64,000 nucleotides of DNA from Caldisericia bacterium (lineage in GTDB: Bacteria > Caldisericota > Caldisericia > JAAYUI01): positions 320,001 through 384,000 of the forward strand of contig OY771555.1 of the NCBI GenBank assembly GCA_963674785.1, in the 5' to 3' direction. The first letter of the stretch is position 1. Each line of letters begins with the position of its first letter. The translations under genes and the position numbers were made by a program. Under the pieces are notes generated by a model. That model was not told the origin of the DNA, did no database searches, and saw nothing but the letters and a program-made list of their open reading frames with translations. Shown here piece after piece: positions 47,675-57,875 of this stretch.

Positions 47675-48622
47675 ATGGAAAAATACGAATTATTGGCGTA
47701 CTGGGAAACCGAGCTCTTATCAGCTCATCGGTGGGGTCGCGGGGAAGTAATCGACATTGATAACTCCGTCATTTACGATGCCTGGAATAAAATTCCCAAA
47801 GTAACAGATGACCTTGAAAACCTTGTTTACCAGATAATCTCTCTTGAAATTTGCAACTGGAGATTGCTTGAATTCATCCCTAGACTTGAAAATGCAATTG
47901 AAAACATGAAAGCCCTACCATATGACATTGGTCATGGTACATCACTAACCGATGATCGAAAAAAGAAAGTTTGGCTTTATTGGCTGTCTCTAAAGGACTG
48001 GATTTCGAGGTTTAATATTCTTCAGTGGGTGGGTAGCAGAGTTTGCTTTGAACCAATAATAAAAATGCTTGACCCAGAAATGGTCACATATAAAAAAATC
48101 CATGACTGGCTTGGTGAAGGAAACAAAAATAAGGAAGAGCTTGTTGAGATTTTGTGTATAAAAATCCTTGAAAAACTTTCTGGTGACTACATGGAAGAGA
48201 GTTTTTGGGAAAATCTTGTTTTCTCTGACAGTCCAGAAAAGCAAGAGCTCAAGCGAATGTGGAGAAGAAATGATCCGGAGTTTGAAACAGCAATCATGAA
48301 GGGTGGACTTGAATTCTGTCACCATAAATTCTTTAGAAGACTCGATATAATAATCTCAAGCATTGGCGTAGAAAAATGGCGAGGTGTTATTCCTCTCGAA
48401 GGTGATCACGGACTGACTCTTAATGAAGAAATAGATAAAGCTCTTGAACCGACAATCACAAAGATCAATGAGAAACTCGATGGGCATTTTAATCCTTTTT
48501 CCGATGGAGAATATGCTTCTGAGAAATTATTTCTGAGATTGCTTTTAGTATCACTAATCGAAAGCCAGCAGGAAAGAGCTGAGGGGATTGTAGAGAGGAA
48601 TATGGGAAGGGGAAATAATTAA
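47675..48622 (+). CDS. Hypothetical protein
   Basis: 315-aa ORF tightly coupled to its neighbours. Confidence 0.8.
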   Translation: MEKYELLAYWETELLSAHRWGRGEVIDIDNSVIYDAWNKIPKVTDDLENLVYQIISLEICNWRLLEFIPRLENAIENMKALPYDIGHGTSLTDDRKKKVWLYWLSLKDWISRFNILQWVGSRVCFEPIIKMLDPEMVTYKKIHDWLGEGNKNKEELVEILCIKILEKLSGDYMEESFWENLVFSDSPEKQELKRMWRRNDPEFETAIMKGGLEFCHHKFFRRLDIIISSIGVEKWRGVIPLEGDHGLTLNEEIDKALEPTITKINEKLDGHFNPFSDGEYASEKLFLRLLLVSLIESQQERAEGIVERNMGRGNN

Positions 48623-48628
48623 ATAACC

Positions 48629-51031
48629 ATGGGAAAGAAATTCATAATTTTGATCTTAGCAGTTTTATTTGTAGTTTTAGGGTGTGGTGAAAAAGCTCCG
48701 GACTCAGACACATCGGAATTGTTTCTCCTTGATGAATCAGGGAGCTTCAGTGTCTGGTGGGACGGAACACCTGGAGCAAAGGGAATCCAATATAATATTT
48801 CATCAGATGTTGAAGTAATTGAAATGTTCTTTTTGGTGAAAAACAATTCTGACAAAAAGATCAATCTTGAGCTTTCCTGTAAAAACATTGAAGAAGTGGA
48901 GTTTGAAGAAACTAAATTAAATCTCAAACCAGAGCAAATGAAAAAGCTTTATGTTTCTTTCCCCGTTAGCAGCTTGCTCACTGAAAAGCTCATATTAGGG
49001 CAAGAAGGACCTGAAATAAGCATCCAGGATAAATTATCAGAGGAAGAAATAATTCTTAGATCATGTATCCAAAAAAATGATCCTGACTTGTTGGTGGAAT
49101 GGGAGAAAACTGAACCATTGATTGATCTTGATTATTCAGAGATTATTAAAAACCACGTAAAGATAACAAACATATCGGAGATTACAAAGGAAATCTATAT
49201 GTATAGTCCACAAAAACTCAGTGGTGATTATACACAGGACAAGACTTATATAACCCTTGAACCAGGCGAGGATATCACCCATGAATACGATGTTTATTAT
49301 GTGAAATATATTCACAAAGGAAATAAAGATTCATTTGATAGTCACACCCTTATTTTGGAGTCAGATGGATACTTCTTTTCAAATCAAATTTTCACCAGAC
49401 TTTCAGATTGTCAGGATTGGGAATTCAAATGGTTAGATTCACCCGACATAGATGCTCTTAAAATGGATATTACTGACTTTGAATCATTTAGTCTGGATAT
49501 TGAAATCATCAATCCCTGTGACAGAGAAAGAGTTTTTAAGCCTGAGAAACAATATGTCAGATCAATACTTGCAAGATTTGAAAATGAAGAGTATAAGATC
49601 CCTGCAAATTCAAGTGTAAAGACAAAGCTCAATATTTCTATTGCGGGGTCAGACATACAAATAAACAAAAAATCTGTTATTGAGTTTAATTTCCTGAAAG
49701 AATATGGTCACAGAAACAGGCAAGACTTTTCATTAACACTAGACTACAGACCAAAACTCATTGGAAAACCAGAGCATGCCACAAATTTTATACTTCCTGA
49801 AAATAAATATTGGTGGTCGAAAACACATTACAAAGTGATAGATAACATTATTTTGCTATCTGGCTTTAGTAGAGTAGTAGGAATCTATCCTCCATCACAA
49901 AAAAACTTGGACTCTCAAATAAGTTGTTTTGACCTCAATTCTGGAAGTCTTTTATGGACATTTTCAGACGATACGATCAAAAATGCTCTATGGTATGAGG
50001 TGTTTGGAGAATCACTGTATCTTCTTGGCTCAGTTGGAGGAAGTTATAATGATACACAACAAAAGCTTTACTCAATTGACATGAGTTCAGGACAGGTCAA
50101 TTTCGAAACAGAAACATTTCCAATTGCCAAAAGAATTGCTATGCATGATAAAAAAACTTTGATTTTTGAAAACTTTGATTATTGGGATGGGAAACATAGT
50201 TTTTTCAAAGTAAACATGGAAACAGGTGAGTTAGAATCAGGTAAAGTTGAACCTAAAGAGCTTCAAACCCCTACTGGTGCTTTCAACTACAAGATAAACA
50301 ACTTTGATAAAAAAACATCGATAGTTAAATCAGATGGCACAGGCTCAACTATTTGGGAAACACCACTAGATCATGATTTTGGATTTATAATTGATTATTC
50401 TTTGAAAGCAACTTCACATAAAAACTCATATTGGTTTTACCAAGTTGAAATTTCTGATGATGAGCTGAGGTCTTACGAGGGAAGCTTTTCAAAACTAGAT
50501 GACTCTGAGAAAATATATTACCTTTTCGTTGATAACGACCCAAATGAGTATTGCTGTGAAAGCAATGGCATTAGTTTTGATGGGATAGGATGCATTAATA
50601 AGGAGAACGGGGAGATACTTTGGGAAACAGAGGTATCCTTACATTGGTCCAGCTTTGATGGAATAGTAGGTTGTCCGTCAGTTTCATTTTTCGGCAATTG
50701 TTTTGTGATTTCTCATAAAAAGTATTCTAGAAAAGATGGTAAAATGATTGGGCAACTTGATGAGGCTAGTAAAGAAGAAAATTATCCAAATGAATGGAAA
50801 TCATTCCGTGAACACTCAGGATATGACGGAATAAAAATCGAAAAGACAAACATCTTTTTGGATGATAATAATATTCAAACATACGTCAGATACTGCAAAG
50901 GGGAAGATGAACCATTTTTCAGCACTATTTTCACAAGTTCAGATAACAACAGAAATATCTATTTAAAAGAAAAAGATTTGCTAGTCATCTTTACAAATGA
51001 TAAAACTTTGTTTGTAGAAGTTCCAAAATAA
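48629..51031 (+). CDS. Lipoprotein with Ig-like domains and a degenerate PQQ-like propeller
   Basis: Lipobox VLGC; CFDLNSGSLLW and CINKENGEILW. Confidence 0.85.
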   Translation: MGKKFIILILAVLFVVLGCGEKAPDSDTSELFLLDESGSFSVWWDGTPGAKGIQYNISSDVEVIEMFFLVKNNSDKKINLELSCKNIEEVEFEETKLNLKPEQMKKLYVSFPVSSLLTEKLILGQEGPEISIQDKLSEEEIILRSCIQKNDPDLLVEWEKTEPLIDLDYSEIIKNHVKITNISEITKEIYMYSPQKLSGDYTQDKTYITLEPGEDITHEYDVYYVKYIHKGNKDSFDSHTLILESDGYFFSNQIFTRLSDCQDWEFKWLDSPDIDALKMDITDFESFSLDIEIINPCDRERVFKPEKQYVRSILARFENEEYKIPANSSVKTKLNISIAGSDIQINKKSVIEFNFLKEYGHRNRQDFSLTLDYRPKLIGKPEHATNFILPENKYWWSKTHYKVIDNIILLSGFSRVVGIYPPSQKNLDSQISCFDLNSGSLLWTFSDDTIKNALWYEVFGESLYLLGSVGGSYNDTQQKLYSIDMSSGQVNFETETFPIAKRIAMHDKKTLIFENFDYWDGKHSFFKVNMETGELESGKVEPKELQTPTGAFNYKINNFDKKTSIVKSDGTGSTIWETPLDHDFGFIIDYSLKATSHKNSYWFYQVEISDDELRSYEGSFSKLDDSEKIYYLFVDNDPNEYCCESNGISFDGIGCINKENGEILWETEVSLHWSSFDGIVGCPSVSFFGNCFVISHKKYSRKDGKMIGQLDEASKEENYPNEWKSFREHSGYDGIKIEKTNIFLDDNNIQTYVRYCKGEDEPFFSTIFTSSDNNRNIYLKEKDLLVIFTNDKTLFVEVPK

Positions 51032-51043
51032 GGAGAAAATGAA

Positions 51044-51721
51044 ATGATTCTTGATGAAACAAGCCTGGCGGGGACAATTGAAAACTTGAATGATTCATTT
51101 TTTTATAGCCGCAAAATCTCTGAAAAACAGAAGAAGGAAGTTGCGGACTGGCTGACAGGCAGGCATGGACTAAAGGGTTCATATCACGGTATGTTTGCAC
51201 CCACTGAAAAAGATTTTGGTTCTGATGTTTCCTTGTATACCGGCGACAAACTCACAACGGGTGCCAGCAAATCACACATCCTTGGGGAAGAGGTGATAAG
51301 AGCGCTCATAAAGATGAATATCATTAATTCTGCTCTTGCAAAATCCCAGGAAATCATGAACTGCATCATCTCATCTTCTGAGGAAAGAACAGGCAAATCT
51401 GATCTAGGATATTTCTGTTGTGGGTCGTGTTCTGCTGCGTACTACCGAACACTTGCCGTAGGTGGACTTGAAAAATCTGAGGAGAGACTCGCTAGTGCCA
51501 TGGAAACCCTGGAAAGACATCGAACAGGTACAGGCAGATGGAAAAACTATCCATTTTTCTACACTGTTTTGGCACTCACTGAGATTGACCTGGAGCTCTC
51601 CAGAGCTGAGCTTGAGTACGCTGCGGTTTCCCTTGAAAGAACCCTTAAGAAAAAGAAACTTGAGGGGAAATTTGAAAAAAGAAGGAGGGACATTGCAGAA
51701 AGAGCACTATCACTATTGTAA
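51044..51721 (+). CDS. Conserved hypothetical protein (CCGSCS motif)
   Basis: AAGGAG RBS, 225 aa, core-like codon usage. Confidence 0.85.
   Translation: MILDETSLAGTIENLNDSFFYSRKISEKQKKEVADWLTGRHGLKGSYHGMFAPTEKDFGSDVSLYTGDKLTTGASKSHILGEEVIRALIKMNIINSALAKSQEIMNCIISSSEERTGKSDLGYFCCGSCSAAYYRTLAVGGLEKSEERLASAMETLERHRTGTGRWKNYPFFYTVLALTEIDLELSRAELEYAAVSLERTLKKKKLEGKFEKRRRDIAERALSLL
51668..51721 (+). repeat. Direct repeat copy 1 (current 3' end of 51044-51721)
   Basis: Encodes KFEKRRRDIAERALSLL*; 42/54 nt identical to 54564-54617. Confidence 0.85.
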
Positions 51722-51770
51722 CTTCTGTTAACAACAATATGGAACAAATCTAAAAGATTGGAAACGTTAA

Positions 51771-53708
51771 ATGAAAAAATATGTTGTAATATTAGTTGTG
51801 TTTTTGCTATTTTTTGGAGGTTGTTCAACAACTCCACATAAACCAGAATCGTCAAAAAATGATGATCAAAATATTCATACTTCTGATTCGGATAAAGAAA
51901 TTGATGAAATAAATATCTTTTTATCAGACAGATACATGTATCCAGGCACAGACCTTGAGGTTACAATAGAAAGCAAAGATGAGATTGAATGTGTATACTA
52001 TTACCCTATCTTTTCTGATACATCTGTTCGAAGACCATATTATATCAAAGACTTTGAAAGAAATCTCTCTATAACTACTACAATCCCTGGCAAAGACAAA
52101 CATGTTGTTCATTTCACGATACCAAGTGAGACTCTTTACACCCAAAGTTATGACTTGCCCATTGCAATAAAGTTTGTTGGACACAAAAAGACAAGGGGCG
52201 TAGTAGCTAAGTTTGATGTATTTGAGATTCCTGAAGTCTCATTTGAGTATGACAGATATAACTGGGAGAGCGAACAGACTATATATGTCGAACCAAAAAG
52301 AGACGTTATTGAAAGTGTTATGTACATTGATGAAGATGGTATCAAGCAATCGCTAAAAAAGGAAACAACAGATGGCAGGACTGTATTCAAGTTGGATACA
52401 AAACTTCCACCACCAGATTCACTCGGCGTACTCGAATTTAAAAGCGTGTTTGGTCTTACGAATTCCACCCAAATAAAAACATACAAAAGTGATGAGGAGC
52501 GAATGTATTTCCGTGCAAAAAAGGGAACAGAACTAGATGGTAAGATTACAAACAAATACTATATCTACTCAAATAATCTTGATTGTACTGATTTAAAAAT
52601 GGAATTTGAGATTCCAGTTTTTGAATTTGAGGATGAATATTTCTCCAGTCTGGTTGATGATGATGAAATAGTTGTACATGAGACAAAACCATCATCAAGT
52701 TATCTCTATTCAATTTCTCCAAATAATCGGTATTTTGTGTTTAACAGCTCATTGAATAAAGAAGTAACAGGAGATAAGATTTTTGAAGGCAGAAGCATAA
52801 AAGAAGTTTTTGTTGTAAACTCAACCATATACGATACACACACCTCTAAGTACAAATATTTCAATGATGGTTACTTTTACACAATGAATCCAAGGCATGA
52901 GGAAGGATCGTTAATATGGGATGATATGAATCGATTAACACCTCTCTATTGGAAATCAGATACTGAGCTTGTAATGGTTAAAACCATACCAGAAAACAGG
53001 TTTTGGTCAGAGTATGAGGAAAAAAATGATCCAAAGATAACAAATGGCTGGACTTTATCACCACCAAATCCAGAAATGAAGGTTATTTGTTTAAATGTAG
53101 AAGACCTTTCAATAACAGAGATTGATGACCATGAAGCTGTAAGACCAACAATCCAGGTCGCTGATCAAGTAACTGGCATTTCAAGCTGGTATGGCCCATA
53201 TGACGATTTTAAAACCAAATATTCTGACTATTTAGGGTGGAGTAATGTTCATGCGTATGCAATTAGTGACAAAACAGGTAAACATGTTTGGACTGCTGAA
53301 GATATATGTGAGAAGTTGGGAATACCCAAAGAAGATGCTCGAAACAGTTCAATTGTTGGCTATCTTGGTGCAACAATCTATCAGAATAGACCAAGAGCAA
53401 TTATTAGGACTTCTCACTTGGTATCCGAGCAAATATACCACTTGTTTGATCCTATCACAGGAGACATTGAAATAGTAAAAAGAGAAAAACTTCAATATGA
53501 TGATAAGAATCCTGAATATTTTTCTGGTGAGGTAATGGCGCTTCGTTCCTGCTCTTCCAACCCTAATACACCACCACTGATGATTATCGAAAACAAGCTG
53601 TTCAAATTGGATGGAAATGGTTCAATTGAACCATACTCAGATTACCCTATTATTCCAGACAATATGGATATATCTCATGCTGGTTACTTCGGTTTTTTCA
53701 TTAGATAA
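51771..53708 (+). CDS. Lipoprotein
   Basis: Lipobox FGGC, 645 aa, beta-rich. Confidence 0.85.
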   Translation: MKKYVVILVVFLLFFGGCSTTPHKPESSKNDDQNIHTSDSDKEIDEINIFLSDRYMYPGTDLEVTIESKDEIECVYYYPIFSDTSVRRPYYIKDFERNLSITTTIPGKDKHVVHFTIPSETLYTQSYDLPIAIKFVGHKKTRGVVAKFDVFEIPEVSFEYDRYNWESEQTIYVEPKRDVIESVMYIDEDGIKQSLKKETTDGRTVFKLDTKLPPPDSLGVLEFKSVFGLTNSTQIKTYKSDEERMYFRAKKGTELDGKITNKYYIYSNNLDCTDLKMEFEIPVFEFEDEYFSSLVDDDEIVVHETKPSSSYLYSISPNNRYFVFNSSLNKEVTGDKIFEGRSIKEVFVVNSTIYDTHTSKYKYFNDGYFYTMNPRHEEGSLIWDDMNRLTPLYWKSDTELVMVKTIPENRFWSEYEEKNDPKITNGWTLSPPNPEMKVICLNVEDLSITEIDDHEAVRPTIQVADQVTGISSWYGPYDDFKTKYSDYLGWSNVHAYAISDKTGKHVWTAEDICEKLGIPKEDARNSSIVGYLGATIYQNRPRAIIRTSHLVSEQIYHLFDPITGDIEIVKREKLQYDDKNPEYFSGEVMALRSCSSNPNTPPLMIIENKLFKLDGNGSIEPYSDYPIIPDNMDISHAGYFGFFIR

Positions 53709-53739
53709 GATTGTTATGATCTCGAAGGAGTATTATAAA

Positions 53740-54531
53740 ATGAACAAAATGCCAAAAATTATCGTAGTTCTTGTGGTACTGACCATTTTAATGGGATCAC
53801 TTAACGCATGTGGCAACCAAGATACAATACCTAACTCTGAAACAACCTTAAATAATCCGCTAGATATAACCGCTGGAAATGATAATTCAGTTGCGACAGG
53901 AGAAGACCGATTAAACATTGAGATATCAGATACTGTTTACCACATTAAAGACCAAAAAGAAGGATGGGATGATCCGATTTCTCTTGCTTTAGATCTTATT
54001 GAATTCATAGAAAATAATGATATTGAAGGTCTTAAGAGTTGTGTCAACCCTGAGTCAAAAGTGAGTGGCGAGCCCCCAGATGGATCGATATTAGGAAAGT
54101 ATCGCGGGTATATTGATAAAGATAGAATTCGAATAGACAAACAAAGAACTCTTGTAAAAACAGCGTATTTTGATGAATATGGTAAAGAAGTCGCTGAAAA
54201 TGAATATTGGCAAATGAGAGCTGATGAAGTTGACAAAATAATTAAAAACAATGATGACTATATCAAACTAACAACTGAATTAGAGTCACTGAAAAATATT
54301 GAACAAAACATTAAAAAGCAAGATGAAGTTATGAGGTTGGCCAGAGAGGAAGTAAGTAAACGTTTTCCTCCAGGTGTTGATATTTTTGAGGACAGATATT
54401 TTGTGTATGTGCTAAAATCTTTGGATGAACTCGAATACACTTGTCTAACAATAGAGATAGTTGAAACCAAAAATGGCTACTTTATCAAATCACCTTGGTT
54501 AAAGGAAGAATTCTTTGGGCCAGAAGTATGA
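53740..54531 (+). CDS. Lipoprotein
   Basis: AAGGAG RBS; lipobox LNAC. Confidence 0.85.
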   Translation: MNKMPKIIVVLVVLTILMGSLNACGNQDTIPNSETTLNNPLDITAGNDNSVATGEDRLNIEISDTVYHIKDQKEGWDDPISLALDLIEFIENNDIEGLKSCVNPESKVSGEPPDGSILGKYRGYIDKDRIRIDKQRTLVKTAYFDEYGKEVAENEYWQMRADEVDKIIKNNDDYIKLTTELESLKNIEQNIKKQDEVMRLAREEVSKRFPPGVDIFEDRYFVYVLKSLDELEYTCLTIEIVETKNGYFIKSPWLKEEFFGPEV

Positions 54532-54563
54532 GAAAGATTTGAGTTGAAAACTAGCTACTAAGA

Positions 54564-54617
54564 AAGTTTGAAAAAAGAAGGAGGGATATTACCCAAAGGG
54601 CATTATCCCTCCTATAG
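54564..54617 (+). repeat. Direct repeat copy 2 (orphan allelic gene end KFEKRRRDITQRALSLL*), containing a hairpin
   Basis: 15/17 aa identical to the end of 51044-51721; inverted repeat AGGAGGGATA...TATCCCTCCT. Confidence 0.85.
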
Positions 54618-54622
54618 ACTTT

Positions 54623-55309
54623 TTACGCCAAATAAAGCAAATATAACCCAACACAAACAATCAGAAGACCGAAGACAGTTCTAAGAATCTTTGAGGTTTT
54701 ACTGAGCCCCTTGTTATTGATGTATGCCTGCACAGAGCCTGCAGTCAAACCAACAAGGATGATTACTGTTGAATGACCAATCGAATAGATAAAGAAAAGG
54801 AACGAACCCCAGAGGACATTTCCAGCAGAACCTGTTCCAACTAGCGCAACAAGAATCACAAGCATTGGAGCTGCACATGGGGTTGATACAAGCCCAAAAA
54901 GAATACCAAGTATAAATGCACCAAGAAGCCCAGTCTGTGGTTTTTTCATGATATTTGGGACAGGGATGTTGAAAGACAAGACGTCAGCAAACATAAGTCC
55001 CATCAAAATGCAAACAACCGCCAGGAAATAATAAAGCCAGGCACCACCAATATTCAGACTTGAACCAATAAGGGCTGCAACCACACCAAGCATCGTAAAC
55101 GCAAGCACAAGCCCAAGCACAAAAACGAGTGTGAACAATATTGATTTTCTGTTGCTCTTTTGTTCACCTTGATAAGCTCCCGCAGCTCCCATCATAAGAG
55201 GGATCAAAGCAAGCACACAGGGGTTCGATGCGGTAAGAAGCCCTGCAAAGAAAACAACAAAAGGAGCATACCAAACAAATGACATCACAGTTTCAGTAAG
55301 TCCACCCAT
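54623..55309 (-). CDS. ccdA: CcdA/DsbD-type transmembrane thiol-disulfide electron transporter
   Basis: NPCVL.LIP and TPCAAP Cys motifs; 6 TM segments. Confidence 0.9.
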   Translation of the reverse strand: MGGLTETVMSFVWYAPFVVFFAGLLTASNPCVLALIPLMMGAAGAYQGEQKSNRKSILFTLVFVLGLVLAFTMLGVVAALIGSSLNIGGAWLYYFLAVVCILMGLMFADVLSFNIPVPNIMKKPQTGLLGAFILGILFGLVSTPCAAPMLVILVALVGTGSAGNVLWGSFLFFIYSIGHSTVIILVGLTAGSVQAYINNKGLSKTSKILRTVFGLLIVCVGLYLLYLA

Positions 55310-55311
55310 GA

Positions 55312-55710
55312 TTATTCCACCTCACATCCGACCGAGCTAAGCGTTTCTGTTATCCAAGCTCGAACCACCGGCACATCTTCCTCAGTTACGATCTTTCTTG
55401 TGATTTCAGTTCCCTCATCATCATAGATAATTATTGTTGGAATGATTGATATGCTGAAAAGAGTTTCTGTTTGGGGTGATTTGTCATATTTATGAATTGT
55501 AACTTTATCGCCAAAGTCAGTTTTCATTTCCTCAAATACAGGAACCAAAAGTTTACATGGAATGCAAACATTTGATCCAATTTCAACAACAGTGAATTCA
55601 CCGGCTTTAGGCATGACAATTTCTTGAGGTTTGTCTGCAAATTTTAAAACCATAATCCCAGTAACTGCGACTGCAACAATAATCAGAACAACTATCTTCC
55701 ATTTTTCCAT
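55312..55710 (-). CDS. Membrane-anchored thioredoxin
   Basis: N-terminal TM helix, CIPC, IPT cis-Pro loop. Confidence 0.9.
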   Translation of the reverse strand: MEKWKIVVLIIVAVAVTGIMVLKFADKPQEIVMPKAGEFTVVEIGSNVCIPCKLLVPVFEEMKTDFGDKVTIHKYDKSPQTETLFSISIIPTIIIYDDEGTEITRKIVTEEDVPVVRAWITETLSSVGCEVE

Positions 55711-55723
55711 CAGTAGCCCCTTT

Positions 55724-57250
55724 TCACTTTTTTAGGTTTTTCAAGGATATTGTTTTTGTCGAAGCTTCATACCCTACTTCACAGTTCATGTTTTCCGCGA
55801 TAAATCGAAGTGGGATGAGTGTTCTATCATCGACAATCACTGGTGCCACATTCTTGTCATCAGAGATATTCACAGATTTTCCATTTACAGTTGCTGTGGC
55901 TTTTCCGATGGTAACAACTATTTCTGTGTCCCCATAAGAGACTGTTATTTCTTTTGTGATACCATCCCAGGAAATCTCACCACCAAGAGGCTCAACAACA
56001 TATCTTGCTGGGAGGAAAGTTCTATCATGGAGGATGATTGGCTTTGTATCCATAGTAATCTTATATGAATCACGCCCATACTCGCTTTCACCGATTCGAT
56101 ATTCAAGTTGTTCTGGGGAATCCGCAAAGATTTTTAATTCATTATCATCTACAACAAAAATCCTGTTTGAAACGATAATTGTCTTATCAAGATCATAATC
56201 AAAGTTTTTCTTCCAAAAACTGTTGCCATCAGTTACATCAATACAAACCATATCATCAGACTCACATGTAACAGTCACAGATGTATCGGTAATCGATTCA
56301 ATCTCCATTTTGCCCTTTGGGATATTTGTGAACCACAACTCTTTTGCAGGTTTTATACAGCATGTCGCACCACAAAAAGTTGCATCAATACATTGAAGCT
56401 TGAAGTTTGTTGTTGTGCAAAATACATGTTTCTCATCTGCTGCGACACTTGTGATATCAGAGTATGTTTTAAACTTCCATCTTGGTGTGCCATCTGGATC
56501 AAAACCAAAAAGAGAGCTGCCCGAGGTCACATATATCTTATTATCAGCAATCACAATCGGATTGGTAATTACGTCTTCTGCTACAAAATCCCAAACCTTT
56601 GCACCAGATTTCAGATTTACACAATATACTTTTTTGTCATTTGACCCAAGGAATATCTTTTCATCCAAAACACTTGGGAGGCTTGTTATCTGTTTTCCGG
56701 TTTCAAAACTCCACTTTTCCTTTAGGGTCTTTTCATCAAGACAGACAAGCTTTCCATCTTTTGTTCCAAAGAAAACAAACCCATCTGAACAAATGGGTGC
56801 TGTTGTGATTCTTGAATCTGATTCAAACTCATCGACAACTTTTCCTGTTTCCATATCAATCTTTATCAAATCTTTATATGAAACTTGAAAAAGATTTTCA
56901 GAAGAAATGAAGGGTGGAAACTCAACCCTGGTAGACAGATCTGAAAGGCTCCATATCTCATCATTTGTTTTGGTGTCTATACAAAATAGTTTTCCGTCTT
57001 TTGTGGGGAAGATAAGTTTATTGTCAGCAAATACAGGATGGCAAACAATTTTTTCTTCATACTCTTTTGAAAAAAGGATCGAGGTATCAGAGGATGGAAG
57101 ACATTCATTCTTTGAGATTCCATTGTGACCAAGATTTCCGCCATATGTCACCCATGAACATGTTTCTTTTGCACTAACACCAGAAAATGACAAGGCTGCA
57201 AAAACCAAACTGATAATTACAAAAATAGCTAAAGTTTTATTTTTTTTCAT
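55724..57250 (-). CDS. PQQ-like beta-propeller + stalk domain surface protein
   Basis: Signal peptide, PQQ-like repeats, RTFLPARYVVE and RTLIPLRFIAE. Confidence 0.9.
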   Translation of the reverse strand: MKKNKTLAIFVIISLVFAALSFSGVSAKETCSWVTYGGNLGHNGISKNECLPSSDTSILFSKEYEEKIVCHPVFADNKLIFPTKDGKLFCIDTKTNDEIWSLSDLSTRVEFPPFISSENLFQVSYKDLIKIDMETGKVVDEFESDSRITTAPICSDGFVFFGTKDGKLVCLDEKTLKEKWSFETGKQITSLPSVLDEKIFLGSNDKKVYCVNLKSGAKVWDFVAEDVITNPIVIADNKIYVTSGSSLFGFDPDGTPRWKFKTYSDITSVAADEKHVFCTTTNFKLQCIDATFCGATCCIKPAKELWFTNIPKGKMEIESITDTSVTVTCESDDMVCIDVTDGNSFWKKNFDYDLDKTIIVSNRIFVVDDNELKIFADSPEQLEYRIGESEYGRDSYKITMDTKPIILHDRTFLPARYVVEPLGGEISWDGITKEITVSYGDTEIVVTIGKATATVNGKSVNISDDKNVAPVIVDDRTLIPLRFIAENMNCEVGYEASTKTISLKNLKK

Positions 57251-57253
57251 AGG

Positions 57254-57625
57254 TTACCTACACTCCTCAACAAGAGCAATAACCTCATCCTTTTCAACCT
57301 TGCCAACAAATCTGTATTTCTCAGACTTTGAGGTGTCGTAAAAAATGATTGTTGGTATAGCACCGATTCCAAATTCTTTGATTGCCTCTGGTTCTTCTTC
57401 GGTGCTGATTTTCACAATGTTTACTGTGTCGCCAATCTCGTCATCGACTTCAGCTAAAATCTTGTTCATCTCAATGCAGGCAACACAATCATCTCGCCCA
57501 ATTTTTACAACTGTTGGAATACCATCAACAAACATTTTCCTTACAGGTTCTGTTTCACCACCACAAGCTGAAACAAAAATAATGACGGCAAGTAGGACAA
57601 GAATAAATGACGTTATTTTTTTCAC
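57254..57625 (-). CDS. Thioredoxin lipoprotein
   Basis: Lipobox VSAC, CVAC, IPT. Confidence 0.9.
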   Translation of the reverse strand: MKKITSFILVLLAVIIFVSACGGETEPVRKMFVDGIPTVVKIGRDDCVACIEMNKILAEVDDEIGDTVNIVKISTEEEPEAIKEFGIGAIPTIIFYDTSKSEKYRFVGKVEKDEVIALVEECR

Positions 57626-57864
57626 GACTGTTTCTCCTCAATAAACTTTATTATCTCAGGTATAGAGTTAATTTTTCCAGATGAGAGCACAACTCCATCA
57701 ATTGCAAACGCAGGTGTCATCATTACACCAAAACTCATGATCTCAGTTATTTCTGAGATTTTCACGATTTCTGCATCAATCCCAAGTTTGGCAACAGCCT
57801 CTTCTACATGCATTCTGAGCTTTTCACACTTTGGGCAACCTGTACCAAGTATCTGTAGTTTCAT
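57622..57864 (-). CDS. Small redox-active disulfide protein 2 (MTH895-like thioredoxin)
   Basis: MKLQILGTGCPKC...GVMMTPA. Confidence 0.93.
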   Translation of the reverse strand: MKLQILGTGCPKCEKLRMHVEEAVAKLGIDAEIVKISEITEIMSFGVMMTPAFAIDGVVLSSGKINSIPEIIKFIEEKQS

Positions 57865-57875
57865 ATGTTTTCTCC

